NCBI RefSeq assembly: GCF_004010195.1 | Contig: NC_057753.1 | Coordinates: forward strand, 14,111,937-14,175,936 | DNA from: Chiloscyllium plagiosum | Taxonomy: Eukaryota | Length of the DNA: 64,000 bases | Reading direction: 5' to 3' | In this document: positions 12,011 through 24,959 of the stretch, in pieces | Layout: each line of letters starts with the position of its first letter | How positions within the stretch are numbered: position 1 is the first letter of the stretch | The notes under the pieces: model-generated | Seen by the model: only the letters and a program-made list of their open reading frames with translations | What the model was told of the DNA's origin: nothing | Database searches by the model: none | Made by a program: the position numbers and the translations under genes

Positions 12011-13699
12011 TACGTGTGAAATTACATCTCTGGAAATGCAATTGCACAGCTTCAGGTGGAACATGTCGACATCTGTGTTTTTGCACGCACACACAAACAC
12101 CATAACTATTCAAAACCAAGTGTGACATTCATACGCAAGCTGATAAATGTTGCAAGCACTTCTTTCGGATGTTGATGTAATGCAGTACAGAGTTTATGAA
12201 CATGGTGCAGGCTAATACACCAGGTTAGCCCATTTAGGGATTTTGAGTGCCTGCATTTTAAGGCTGTGTCACGAAAACCTCTGTGTCATTCAGAAACATA
12301 AACAGGATAAAAACAAATACCAGAGGAACATAATCATCACAGTACGACATGGGAATAATGCACAAAACTACAATGCATTCCAGTCTGGCACAAAATGCTG
12401 CAGAATAGTGCTCCATTCTAGTGTTCCATGGATCTAATTCATTTCTTGAAATGTATTGCATGTTTCTAAATGTACTTTCAAAATACAAATTACTCCCCTA
12501 CCAGCAGGTCTATGAGAAATATTACTAGACATACGAAACTAGTTGCAAAACTTAAATATTCCTTAAATAAAAAAAAATAATACTTCCACAAAGTGCTGCA
12601 GCATTTTGTTAGAATGGAGTGTGTGCTTTACAAAATATCACATGGTCAAGTGCAATAATAACTCAAATAACATTCCGTTTTAGGCAAGCCAATGTCTCGT
12701 GTAGAAATTATGAATTAATTGACTTCACGATTGTCAGGAATTATACAAACCTACTACAAAGAAGGACTTTTTGATCGTGTTAATGCCAGCCAACAATGAA
12801 GCATCGAACACAGGACAATTTCCTAAGTTATCAGTGAAGTTGATATTTACAACACCACCCGCATGCCCAAGTACTCTCTATGTATAATGTGGGCTTCCAC
12901 AGGAACAAGTGTTCATGCAGTGAATTTCATGTCTCTATTATATTTGGTAGAAAATAAATTGAATCACTTCTGACTATACATACTCTTCATTTAACGACAA
13001 CGTTCTAACATCGTAGTCGTCTCATTATCATTTCCTGCTTCCTCGAACGCACAATCTGAAGTTTTCTGTAATTAAGTGTCTACGCTCCAGATGACCAAAC
13101 TGATATTTATTGAGCTTCACCACTAACTTGCAGCTGCTAGAGCCAATGACTGTGCTAATACTTATATTTCACTAGCTCATTCTTGAGTATTTCGCCTACT
13201 TGTTCAGACACTGTCCTGCAAAGGTATGCACACAGCTCAATTTAATCCTGTTTTTCTAAATTTATCACGATTTTCATAATTTGCCCAGCAAACGCATTTT
13301 CTGGTGAAGGTTCAAATGTGACAAATAATATAAAAATCCTTTGTTATGAGACTGAAACAAGGCCCAGTATGATTTTTTTTTACTTTTTGACTCTGTAAAA
13401 ATGGGAGAACAGCAAAATTATTGCAGTCAGGTTAACAGTCAATATCTTGAAAAAACCCGCCTGTGGTGATGTTTATCACTGAGTAAGCGTATTAACCTTC
13501 TGGACCATGAAGTTCCACGCATTGGAATTTTCAGTGGAAATTGCTTTTAATGGATGGAAGATGCTGTATTTAAGTGTTGGAAAAAAACTAATTTTCAAGT
13601 GTACCAAGGCGGGTTGTTTTGTCCTGTTTTCAATACTTTCTTGAGGTTGGTTGGCGTCAAACTCATAGAAACAAGTGAAAACAATTTTATTGTACGCCT

Positions 13700-13990
13700 G
13701 ACGTGTCACTGGCAGATGTGGAGAATTGTTTGTGAATTAGCATTGCAAGTCTATTCCACCATTCAATACAATCATGGCTGATCGTAATCCCCAAGTCCAT
13801 TTTATCGATTCTTCCCCATGTCCTTTTATTACCTTACTGATTAACAATGTGTCCATCACAGCTGCGAATATAGTAAACGTTCCAGCCTCCACAGACTCCT
13901 TTTGCAAATAATGCAAAAATTCCACCACTCTGCCTTAAATGGGTGATCCTTTATTCTGACATCATGCTCTTCCAATCCTAGACAATGTTA
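13700..13990 (-). mobile_element. CR1 LINE 3' fragment
   Basis: ORF 13737..13928 reads ...VEAGTFTIF...DTLLISKVIKGHGE, followed by a CR1 3' UTR. Confidence 0.7.
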
Positions 13991-14291
13991 CATTTAACAG
14001 GATTTACTTCAAATTTGTTTTAAATCGGAGGATAAAGACAAACTCTCTCCCCACGCTGTCACTTCGTGACAACCACGTGAAAATCTCATATCAATCCGAA
14101 GATTGGGTTGCATTTGGGAGATTGATAGATATAAGGATGGTTGTGGAAATGGCACACAGCAACACATCTGAGTATTGGGAGCTGTTCAGAACTCAGCAAT
14201 GGAAGACGAAAGCGTTGACCAAAAACGGGGATAAACAGCTCATTAGTGTTATCTTATTTGCAACATGTGAACTGATTGCAAAAGATTGGAT

Positions 14292-14498
14292 ATGGAAATG
14301 TGTTGCTGGAAAAGCGCAGCAGGTCAGGCAGCATCTAGGGAACAGGAGAATCGACGTTTCGGGCATTAGCCCCCTGAAGAAGGGCTAATGCCCGAAACGT
14401 CGATTCTCCTGTTCCCTAGATGCTGCCTAACCTGCTGCGCTTTTCCAGCAACACATTTCCATCTCTGATCTCCAGCATCTGCAGACCTCACTTTCTCC
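14292..14498. mobile_element. Palindromic Penelope-derived mini-element with a 15-bp target-site duplication
   Basis: 81-bp inverted arms at 14292-14372 and 14382-14462 (1 mismatch). TGCAAAAGATTGGAT is duplicated at 14277-14291 and 14499-14513. Confidence 0.9.
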
Positions 14499-14519
14499 TG
14501 CAAAAGATTGGATGCCTAT

Positions 14520-16680
14520 ATAAATAAAAAGTTAACAAAAGTCTTGGCTACCTAATGTCAGAAACAGTCACATTTATTAGGAACAAGAAAGCAGTGATGG
14601 AAAAATAACTACATATTTAGCTTGTGCCCTCACAAATGATAAAACATATCAATCTTCCAGAAATGTTGAACTGCAGAGGGTCAGGTGAGGAACAAGTGAA
14701 GAAAATGAACATTTGCTGTTAAACGTTTTGGGAAGTATATGGAATTACAGATCGATAAATTCCCGTGGCCTGATAAACTATATCTTAGAGTATTAAAAGA
14801 CGTGGTTCAGGAAATGAGAATACATTAGCAGGTATATTTCACGATTCTATAGTCTCTGATACGGTTCTTATTGGTTTGAGGATAGCTAACATAAAATCGT
14901 TATTTGGGAACTGAGATTATGTTAAAAAGGGGCATTAGAAACTGGTTAGTCTGACATTTTCCCGTTGGGAAATCTTCAGTTTCCATTATGAAAAATGTAA
15001 CAGCAGATTATGTGGAAAAAAGTGACTGGATAGTACAGAGGCAGCATGGATTTCCTGAAAGGAAATCATGCATGATTAATCTTTTGGGCTTTTCTTGTAG
15101 AGAATGTAACCGTTGCATTTCATAAGGGGGAGCCAGTTGAAGTAGTTTGCAGGGATTCTCAGAAGGTTTTCAACTAGGTCCCACATAAGAGATTAGCATG
15201 TGAAATTAAAGTGAGACATGTGCACTGATATTCATAGAGAAACGGTTGGCAAACACAAAACAAGTTTTAGGAATATCTGGCCATTTTTGAGGAGCATTCA
15301 GTGGCATGTGGGGTGCTCCTGGAAGTAATGGTAGCTCCCCGGCAAGTCACAATATATGTCAATGATTTGGGTGAGGGAGACAAATTTCTTATCTCCAGGT
15401 TTTCAACGTTAGGTGAGAGGGCGAACTGTGAAGAGGAGAAAGGGATCCTTTATTGCTTTGGAGAACTTGGGTGAGAAGCAAAGCAGGAGAAAATGAGGAT
15501 TGTAGGTGCTGGAGGTCAGACTAGATGTTTTTGGTTCTGAAAAGACAACAGAGCTGGTTAGACAGCATCCGAGGAGCATTGTAATTGACATTTCGACCAT
15601 AAGCCTTCCATTAGGATTGAGGCGTGTATCTCAAGGGAGATGAGATGTAAATGGGAGGGGGTGAGGCTGGGGGAAAGTACCTGGGATGCGATAGGCAGAG
15701 GAAGTTCGGGGTAAAAGTGATAGGTCAGAGAGGAAGATGGAGCACATAGATGGGAAGGAAATGGACAGGCAGGACATATCAAAGGATCTGTGCCAAGTTT
15801 GAAGGTTGGATCTGAGATAAAGTGGGGGTAGGGAAATGAAGAGACTTGTGAAATCCACATTGATCTCCCTGTGGCTGGAGAGCCCCAAGGCGGAAAATTA
15901 GCCTTCATTCTCCAGGTGATGGTTGTTTAGGGTTTGGCGGTGGAGGCCTGGGACTTGCATTGTCCTTAGCGGAGTGGGACGGGCTGTAAAATTGGCTGGT
16001 CACAGGGCAGTGGGATGTTTCGTGTATGTGACCCAGAGTTGCTCTCTGAAACTTTCCTCAAGTTGGTGATGTGTATTGAAGTAGAGGTAAATCGCTGTTG
16101 GATGTGGAACGGTCCTTTGGGGTTTTGGAAGGAGATAAGGGAGAGGTGTAGGCGCAGGTGTTCCACTTCTTGGGATGGCAGGGTATACACTGGCATTGGA
16201 TAGTGGGTTGGTAGGGGGCGGGAACCTACAAAATGGAGTCACTGAGGGGATGGTCTTTCCGGAATGCAGATAAGGGTTGGGTTCGGGGTAGAGGTAGAAG
16301 CCAAGTAAAACTACACTATGGGTAAACATTATGTTCTAGACCTAAGCAGCAAAAACAAGAAGGCAAAAAGTTACCTGAACGGCGATAGATGGAATAGGTC
16401 GACGAGACCTGCATGTCCTTGGCCAATGGTCATTGAAAGCAAGCATATAGGTGCACTGGAAAATGAACAAGGCAAAAACCTTCGTAAGGATAGAATTGGA
16501 GTGTGGCAGAGATGCCTTGCTACAATTGCTCCCGGCCTTACTGACAGAACAACTGAAGTATTGTGTGCAGCCTCAGTTTCATTAGTTCAGAAATGATGTT
16601 CTGGCTATTGAGGAAGTTCAACGAAGATTTAGCAGGCTGACTCGTGAGATGGCAAGATTTGGGGTTGAATCACCTCTGCA
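14520..16680 (+). mobile_element. Decayed CR1 LINE ORF2, split by a Penelope-like insertion
   Basis: Degenerate RT motifs GATAAATTCCCGTGGCCTGATAAACTATATC (KSPGPD-like), CAGCATGGATTT...GGAAATCATGC and AATGATTTGG. CR1 sequence resumes after about 16290. Confidence 0.75.
15490..16290 (-). mobile_element. Penelope-like element 3' portion, decayed
   Basis: Reverse complement of the terminal repeat and GIY-YIG region seen at 6871-7215 and 62655-63475 (GGAGTGGGA..., CAGCATCCGAGGAGCA...GACATTTCGACCATAAGCCTTCCATTAGG). Confidence 0.75.
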
Positions 16681-16749
16681 GGGATTAAATAAGAATAATT
16701 AGAAATGAATGGGATTAAAAACTGGTGGGAATGAAATAGGGAGCAGCTA

Positions 16750-19275
16750 ATCAGTGAACACTAAGACGGTACAATGGCGAAGGTTTGTGCCAATGCTTCA
16801 TGGATCAAAACGAATAGAGATTCCACTGAGGAAAGGTAATTCCAGGAAGGCGATAAAAGCATTGTGTTTAAGAAGGAAGACAGAGTCAGCATCAAATTAC
16901 AAGAAGAAAATACAATGAGTAAAACTTGTGGTAAATCGAGCGATTGACAAAGCTTTAAAATTCAAGGAATTACAGAAAGTATTAAGAGAGAGACAATAAA
17001 CTTCAAGAGTAAATTTGGAAGTCATGTCAAGACGGACAGCAAAAGCTTCTGTTTGCATATGAAAATGAGGTGTAAATCAAGAGTGAACATTGGCCCCGAG
17101 GAGAATGAGACTTGGAAAATTAGAACAAGGAAACATGCAGAGGTGCTGACAAAACGCGTTGCAAGATGCTTCATAGTACAAGGCATTGATAGCTTTCCAG
17201 ACTTAATAAATATTTCAAGGGCAAACAACGCGAGATAATAAATGCAATAAGTATCACGAGAGGAAAGCAAAGTGCCAAAGAAATTGCGGGGATTAAATGC
17301 CGATACGTCAATTTGACTCAATGGAATACAACATAAAGTATGAAAGGAAGTAGTCATAGAAAAAGTGGGTGACATGTCAGTATTATTCCTGAAATCATGG
17401 ATTCCAGAAAACTGCTCTGAGGTGGAAAAATTCTAATGAAACACATTTATTGAAAAGAATGAATATGCCTAAAAGAGAGTTAGATGCAGGCTGGTTAGCT
17501 TAACGTCAGTTCGTGGGAAAAATGCAATGAAAAAGGCAATACCAGAGCATTTAGAAATGTACAATGATATGAAACAAATTCATCATAGCAGATTTTGAAA
17601 AGGAAAGTATGCTGAATAAATTTACGAGAAATATACAGGATGTGACAAACAGGACAGGTGAAGAGGGAACACTTGATGAGATAACGGTTTGGACATTTAG
17701 AGATATTTAGTAAGTGCAACACATCAATCTAATTAAAAAGTTAAGAGGTCCTGAAACTTGATATAATAAATTGACCTGTATAAAGGATTTATTTCCTCAG
17801 AGAAGGCAATAAGTTTGAATGGGAATGGGGGGATTGTTTTCGAGTTTGCAACCTTTAACTCCTGAAAATGCCACAGTGATTAGTTATGGGATCACATTTA
17901 TTTCCAATATATCTTAGTACTCTGGACAAGTTTGGAGATAACGTAAAAATAAATGGAAAAAAAACCTGTGATGTGGGTATAAAGCGGGTTAAGTGAATGA
18001 GCAAGTGGAACAAGAAGTGCGAAATTGTGAGCTTATGCTGTTCGGCAGGAAAACTAAAGGAATTGAATATTGTTTAAATAAAGAAGCCTACAAAAAGCTT
18101 TGACACACGGAATTTGAGAATCCCTGCATTTGAATCACAAAAAAAAACCACGCATGCACGGTCAGTGTTAAATATCGAGGCAAATGGAATAGTGGATATT
18201 TTCCAAGGGGAAAGGAATGTAAACGTGTGTAGGTATTGCGAAAAGTGCAAAGCCATTAGCCATACGACATCTGGAATACTATGACAAGGACTGAATCACA
18301 CATGAAAGGAAATACGTCTTGGCACTGGGGGATGTCCAGAGAAGATTCACTCAGCTGATTACAGATAAAAAGGGAAGGTATTATGAGGAGATGCTGAGTA
18401 GATTGCGACTGCATCCGTTGGAATCTAGAAGAATGAGTGTCGATGTTATTAAAAATATAGAATATTCTGAAGCAAGTTGACAGAGCAGGCGTGGGCCTGT
18501 TGCTTTCCCCTTAAGAGAGATTTTGGCACAGGGGAAACATTTCAGAGTAAGTTGTCGCCTTCAAAGGCATAAATGTGGAGGAAATCCTTCCCTCAGATTT
18601 ATTTGAATTAGTGAATTTTCTTTTACCAGAGAAGAAGGTCGAAGCTGGGCCATTAAGTATTTTCGTCGTTGATGCAGACAGATTATTAGGAAGCAAGATA
18701 ATAAATGATTCTGGCCAAAACAAGAAATTTTATTTCCGGATTATCAGACGTGTCGTGATCTAACTCAATGACAAAGCAGACTCAATAGGAACATAATATA
18801 CTCTGCCTACTTCGTATTATTATTCTTATGGTCTTTCTTTTGAAGAGAGAATTCATCGATTAAAATTACATTCAGCAGAGTTTGAATAATGACGGGACAC
18901 CTTGTAGAAATCTAAAACGTTCTGTGGGAACAGATAGAATAAATGTAGGAACAAAATTCCTGCTCTGCAGGCAGTCCAGAACGAGGAACCACAGTTCGGG
19001 GATATGGGGTAACCCACTCGTGAGAAATTACTTCACCACGAAAGTGGTGAGCCTATGGACTTACCTATTGCATTATTCAGTTGAGGTCAAATATCGAATG
19101 TTTTGAAGAGGAGTTAGATATGGATTTAGGGACAAAAACGAAAACGAGTTTGCGGAGAAAACGGGCACTGGCTCCTGAGTAGCTGATTGGCCATAATTTT
19201 ATATGTCAGAGATTGTTTGAAGGAGCAAATGGCCTATTCCTACTCCTAGTTTCTACTGTTTTTATGTTTCTATGT
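16750..19275 (+). mobile_element. Tandem decayed CR1 LINE ORF2 fragments
   Basis: ORF 17053..17238 (KSRVNIGPEENET), ORF 18575..18763 (LVNFLLPEKKVEAGPLSIF...DRLLGSK) and ORF 18882..19106 (RTRNHS...YFTTKVVSLW). 3' tails near 18830 and 19275 (ATGGCCTATTCCTACTCCTAGTTTCTA). Confidence 0.75.
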
Positions 19276-19399
19276 CCCTATTGACATTTTATTCAACTAG
19301 GTCAGGATTTCCAGTTGCAACGCTAAACCTCCAACTGGACTGACACAATAAATATTTAATCTCTGCCTTAATATTTCCATTTTTATAAAGACGTTGCAT

Positions 19400-22300
19400 C
19401 AGTATGTTTTGCAGTTGTGTCCATCTATTTTTATTTGCTCGATGCACGCTGTCGTGAATCATTAAGCTTCCATTGCATCAGTTTACATTAACCTAGCCTT
19501 GTTAGCATCATCAATGTCATGGATGGTCTCAGTTGAAATTAACTTGAGATTTCGATTTGTAATCAGTACTTTAGACATTGCCTCGATTATTATGAATTTC
19601 GATTCTATGTTAGTAGTCACACAGTTAATAAAGCTAGAATCTGTAATGTTAATGAACACACTTGGGGATGTCTGACTTTATGTTAGCATTGACGCTGTAC
19701 AATAATCGTAGCTTTACACCCTGTTCCAGTTATTTTGAATTTTAGCACTCTTTCATTAATCATGGCATCACTCTACCTCAGTTATTATAAATGCAGAAAC
19801 AGTGTCAGTAATTACTTCACGAGACACTAATTATTTGATATTAATAAAGGCCTGCAGAAGTATGATTGCACTATAATCTTTTAATTTATTAGGAATCCAA
19901 ATAGAACAGTAATCGCTGCATGAGACCCTATCACAATTAGTATCATACCTATTATATGCATACCTTGTGAAAATATCACTGTACTGGTCCCTTTCCTCTA
20001 TCATTACGAATTCACATCTTGTGTCAGTATCACTGCACTGTGCCCTGAATTAATAATTACGGAGCAAAACACTTATCAGCCATCACTCCCCTCAGCACTG
20101 TTTAAGTTCATATTAATTTCAACCCACCGTTCATTAATCAGCAACTGCCCCAGTTTCTGTCAGCATAAAACTTGACCTTCTGTCCGTTCTCTAGCCCCGT
20201 CTCAGATCCTGTATCAGTAAGCAACGCAATCAGCTGGAAATTAATTGTTATAGTATAGATCTTGCTTCAGTAATTATCACTTCACAGATCCTAACTGTGT
20301 TTATATAAACTTAGGTCGCGTGAGAGTAATCATTTCACAAAACCATATCTGCACAAAACGTAGTATGAGGGGCCACTGATGTTCGGGGCCTGCTGCGAGC
20401 TTCCGATTTACAGTGAGAAACACAGGAAATTATTTGAAAGAAAAACTAAATTGAAACGTATTCTAAGATGACTCATGATTTGACTGTACCAGGAGAAAGA
20501 CAAGCATGGCAGACTCCAGAGATCACTGTATCTGTAACGCATATCTGAAAACAATTCAGCATAATCTAGTTCTTCACATTCTCGCCAACAGGTCTTGGTT
20601 TACGCAACTATACAAGACCTAGATCTGACAGTGCACAGAAGCCAGGGTATGTATCTTGTTCTTGCATCATAAAGCAAGTAATACCCCAATAAATGAAAAA
20701 TCATGAAATGAATTTTAAGGGTAATGGCACTCTTTCTGGTCAAGTTCCGGGCAGTGATATTTCGTTGCACGCAGTTTAACTAACAGTGAACTTCCAAAGG
20801 ATTCTGGAAATTATGCATACATACATAATAGTATTTTCAAAGGACATGTTACCACAAACATGCAGTTCAGACTGAATTCACATCAAATATGGAGATGTAG
20901 TGATTACGGTAAAATTGCATGCAACTGTCACAGAATTATTCCCAATCCTTGTAATTTTTTTTAATTAACCCATTCAAACGTTCATCGAATTGCTTCCCAA
21001 AATGAGCGTGAAATCTGCTTCTGAAACTTTTTCAAGTAATGCAAGCTGAAAAAAATGGCATTATTCTCTTCATTTCCTGCTCAAAGGAACTATCTACATG
21101 TCTAAGATCTATCAACGCCCAGTCTAGATTAAGGTATTGTCTTCTAAATTATTTTCTAAGAAATCTCTTTTGCTATTTATATAGTTAAATATACACACAC
21201 AAAACAATAAATGAGTAAAGGATTCGATGTACAAAAATAAAAACTGAGCGATTGGAGTTACAAATGGAAAGAGATGCAATGTGTCACGAGATGACGGTTG
21301 AGGAGTGCTGAAGTACACAAACACATTCACACATACACACAAGTGCATGTAGACATAGAGAGAGAGATACACACACGCGCATATTAATTGAAAATGAAAA
21401 GAAACAAGGTGTGAGGTATAAAACTTACAGTTTAAAATCACTGTGGAAATCCTGTGACTGATTCAATGATGCCATCATTTACGTCCTGGAGTGGAAGTTG
21501 CAAACAGATTTTAAAAATTAATTTGTAAGTGACATCATGTGTGATCTGCGACTTTGCTCTGCAGTTACTGCACTGCACTTCCAGATGCTGCCTTAATTTA
21601 TACTTGTGTAGGACTTGTGTCAGTAGACAATGTATCAGTTATTAGGAGCACCGATCCCTGTCACAAAACTGGACCATGTCTTATACAAAACATAGAACAC
21701 TCAGCAGTACAGCACAGTACAGGCACTTGAGCCCGCGATGATGCATTATCCTATTCTAAGGTACATACCATACATAAGCTAAGGTACACACCGTACAATT
21801 TACTATTATCCATGTACCTACTGAAGAAATGCTTACATGTCCCTAATGCAGGTGACTCTACTACCACCGCTGTCAATGCGTTCCACGCACGCACCACTGT
21901 TTGTGTTTAGTTGATTTTAATTTAGACCATCTATCAGTATCACTGCAGCATACTCTGTTTCAGCTTCATGGATATAAATCCTTTTGTCGTCCCTTACTGG
22001 TCCCTCTCTCGAATTTAAAAATCGAAACACAACATTGGGCAAGTAAAGCAGGAGAGAATACCTACGTTTATGTCAACCTTGATCCGGTATTATAATAATA
22101 TTTTTAGTCTCTGTCTCAGTTACTCTGAATTTAGACTTGCTAACAATAATCAGTATCCACGGCACATGACCTTGCCTCTGTATGAATGCAGATATTGTTT
22201 TGGAAATGATTGCACCATGCATTGCCTTAGTTTATATTAATTTCGACAGTTTGTAGAAAAGCTGAACTAGACCTGTTCAGTTAATATCGTTGCAGGGCCC

Positions 22301-22470
22301 GTTTCCGTAATACCTGCACTAGATCCTGCCTGAGTTTATACTAATTAAGACTCTGTGTGGCTTTATCACTGTATCAGATTCACCCGTATTTCACGTTAAC
22401 TTGGACCCCGTCACAATTTCACGAGATTATTTTCGGTCTTCATTATTAAGAATCCAGACCACACATCAGT
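19400..22470. repeat. Highly degenerate ~52-bp minisatellite in two blocks (about 19400-20340 and 21560-22470)
   Basis: The anchor GTTTATATTAATT-TAGACC recurs at 19481, 19532, 19585; 19729, 19781, 19834; 22066, 22119; 22230, 22280, 22334, a spacing of 50-54 bp. Confidence 0.7.
21690..21905 (-). mobile_element. Short CR1 3' end inserted in the minisatellite
   Basis: AACATAGAACA...AGTACAGCACAGTACAGGCACTT and ATGCGTTCCACGCACGCACCACT, the reverse of the CR1 tail. Confidence 0.65.
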
Positions 22471-24862
22471 GTCAAATATAAATTTAGGGATGTAAGTTAT
22501 AAGCAGATCAAAAAATGTTAATTTGTAATTGCCACCACACGTGATCTGGGATTCTGTAATGAGTCTATGACCACATAAATGCCAGGTCACGTGTTTCCAA
22601 CAAATAATAGCCCCTGATTTATTTTCAACTCAAAAGTGAGAAGTTGACTTTGGAGCAAGCACTGGTGAAACAGTAAGTTTTGTTGCCTGAGTATCGGGTG
22701 TCAGTAATATGATATCATCCCTTTTTCTAAATGTTTGTGAAAAGCCAAATCACTCTCAAAGTATCAAGAATGGCATACAGTTTAATACCTCTTTAAATAT
22801 TGCAACAAAAAACATCTTTTGTCACAAAGTAATTAAAATATTGCTAGACTTAGGTCCAAACCTCTTTTTTTTTCTCTCTCTGCCTCGCTCTCTCGCTCAC
22901 TCACTCTTTCTCTGTCCATTTTCGTCTCTCTCTATGTCTCTCTCTTCCTCTATTACTCGTTTTCTCTATCTTCATCTCTGTAAAAATCCCAACATGGCAG
23001 GTTTGACAACATTACTTCAAGTCCCTAATGAACCTGAAATAAAAACATTTTTAAATTAATGTTATAATATCGAAGACATAATGTGAAAATATTTTATTAA
23101 TCTTTCGAAGGACAAATATTGCCCAACAAAATCGTCAAGACTTATAAGGAAATTCAGTTCCACATTGATTTCTTTTTGCCATCTGGCTGCTTTCACCAGC
23201 GAAATACCTATAAAGAAACCACGACCTATACTCAAATATGAATATTAGTGCCATGCAGTAGAACTCCAACGAGATGCAATAACAACTTTTCCAACTGACA
23301 GTGAAAGCTGACAGTGTCAGAAATACTCAGCTCCCTACACTCAATTCGAAAAATGCAAAGTATTGCTGCTATTCGAAAATTGATATAGAAGCAATACGCT
23401 GGGAGTACTCGGCATGCCATTCAGCCTGTGTCGAGAGGGTTGCATTTGCACATTTCTGTCAAATCCAACAAGTTCTTTGATGCCATTATAAGTGACAGCA
23501 TAATATTGACTCAAACAATACTGTTTCATTAACTCTAAAATCCCAAATTTAATTTAACCAATCACACTATTGTTCCTGCAAACTTGAGGTTTCAAACATT
23601 ATTGCTGCTTTTACAATTTAGAAAGTAATTAAACTTCAACCAATATACGTAAATGATGTTAACGAATTTTGAAGCGTGTTGTGGGAATAAAAGATTTTTT
23701 TTAACGCCAACGCTGTTTATGGACCACGTTCAAAACCGACGGCCATAACAACCTAGACGGACAAGAGTGGTGAATATATGGATGCAGCATAATCTGCTAG
23801 ATATCCTCCAAATCTCTCAAAATAATGACATGGAAACAATTCTGCCTTTCTTTCAGTTGCACTGAGTTGAACTCCTGGACTTTCCTCCCTCACAGTACTC
23901 TCAGTCGATCTGCAGCACATGGACTGAAACGGTGCAAAATAACAGATCAGCACCACCTTCTAAAAGGAAATAAATGCTGCTCAAAGCAACGACTCCCGTA
24001 TCACACGAGCGAACAAAAAAAGACAGTGCTTTTCATCTTCTCAAAATTAACACATGAAAATACAAGTTGTGATAATTTGACAGCAAGAGTTAATCTAGAT
24101 TGATTCTCTAGTTATGATAAGTTTGTCCAAATTATATTAATAAATGACAAATTGACCTGAATACACATTTCGTGTAATGGTAGCCTTTTTTTTTTCATGA
24201 TGGAGCAGCAGACATTTCAGAACAGATTTTTAAAATTACTTACATTTACTTTAAATAAATAATGTCTGTATTAATTTATTTTCAAGGAATTTTATTCATA
24301 GTAAACAAAAAACAAACGTTTGTAAAGTAAACCATTGCTTCACAGTAAATAATCAATTATGACGTTTTGATTTGGATATTAACTTCGTTGCAGCCAGTGT
24401 TTATGCAAATAAATACATAGATGGAAGGCGGTAAATACATAGATGGTATTAGATTATTGTTCAAGAAGAAAATATAACAATTTTTTCCCAGCTGGATATC
24501 ACAAAAATAGAAATATAAATGCAACTAACTGAATCACCATAACACTTCCAAGACCAAGAACGAATGGTCAATGAATGCTGGTCTCGCCAGCGACTACAAC
24601 CTCCAAAAGCTGAAAACATATTCAAATCAATATAAAACAGAAACAAGAGAAAAGAAGTCTTTTCTGTCTGTTTCACAATCTGACTTTCTTCAACACCCCT
24701 CTCGACCACCGTCCACCGACTTTATTCCAAATGAAGAGAAGTTGAGACAAGTCACTACCTCACCACATAAGCTCGAGAAACTAGCTTAATGGATTAGCAT
24801 TTGTAAATTGAGCTTCAAGTTAAGATCTATCATCAGCTTCTACTGACTTGTGAGTACTTAAT

Positions 24863-24959
24863 TCCTGATGAAGGGCTTTTGCCCGAAACGTCGATTTTGC
24901 TGAAGCTCCTCGATCCTGCCTGAATTGCTCTGTGCTCTTCCAGCACCATTGATCCAGAA
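24863..24959 (+). mobile_element. 97-bp Penelope terminal-repeat insertion beginning at a minimal hammerhead motif, 15-bp TSD
   Basis: TTGTGAGTACTTAAT at 24848-24862 and 24960-24974 flanks TC-CTGATGA-A-GGGCTTTTGCCC-GAAACGTC. Confidence 0.85.

Noticed and set aside
14292-14462. Long palindromes as MITE terminal inverted repeats, CRISPR repeats or terminators
   Set aside because: The arms match Penelope terminal repeats attached to GIY-YIG sequence at 6775-7270, extend asymmetrically and have variable 12-15 bp TSDs. The DNA is eukaryotic and has no repeat-spacer array.
20590-20650. 55-bp AG/GT-bounded candidate exon (VLVYATI, ITIM-like) with a small hairpin
   Set aside because: No linked exons or gene context; short motifs of this kind arise by chance.
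23753-23956. Minus-strand ORF with VREE...VQLS, vaguely V FR1-like
   Set aside because: No Cys-Trp-Cys framework and no RSS.
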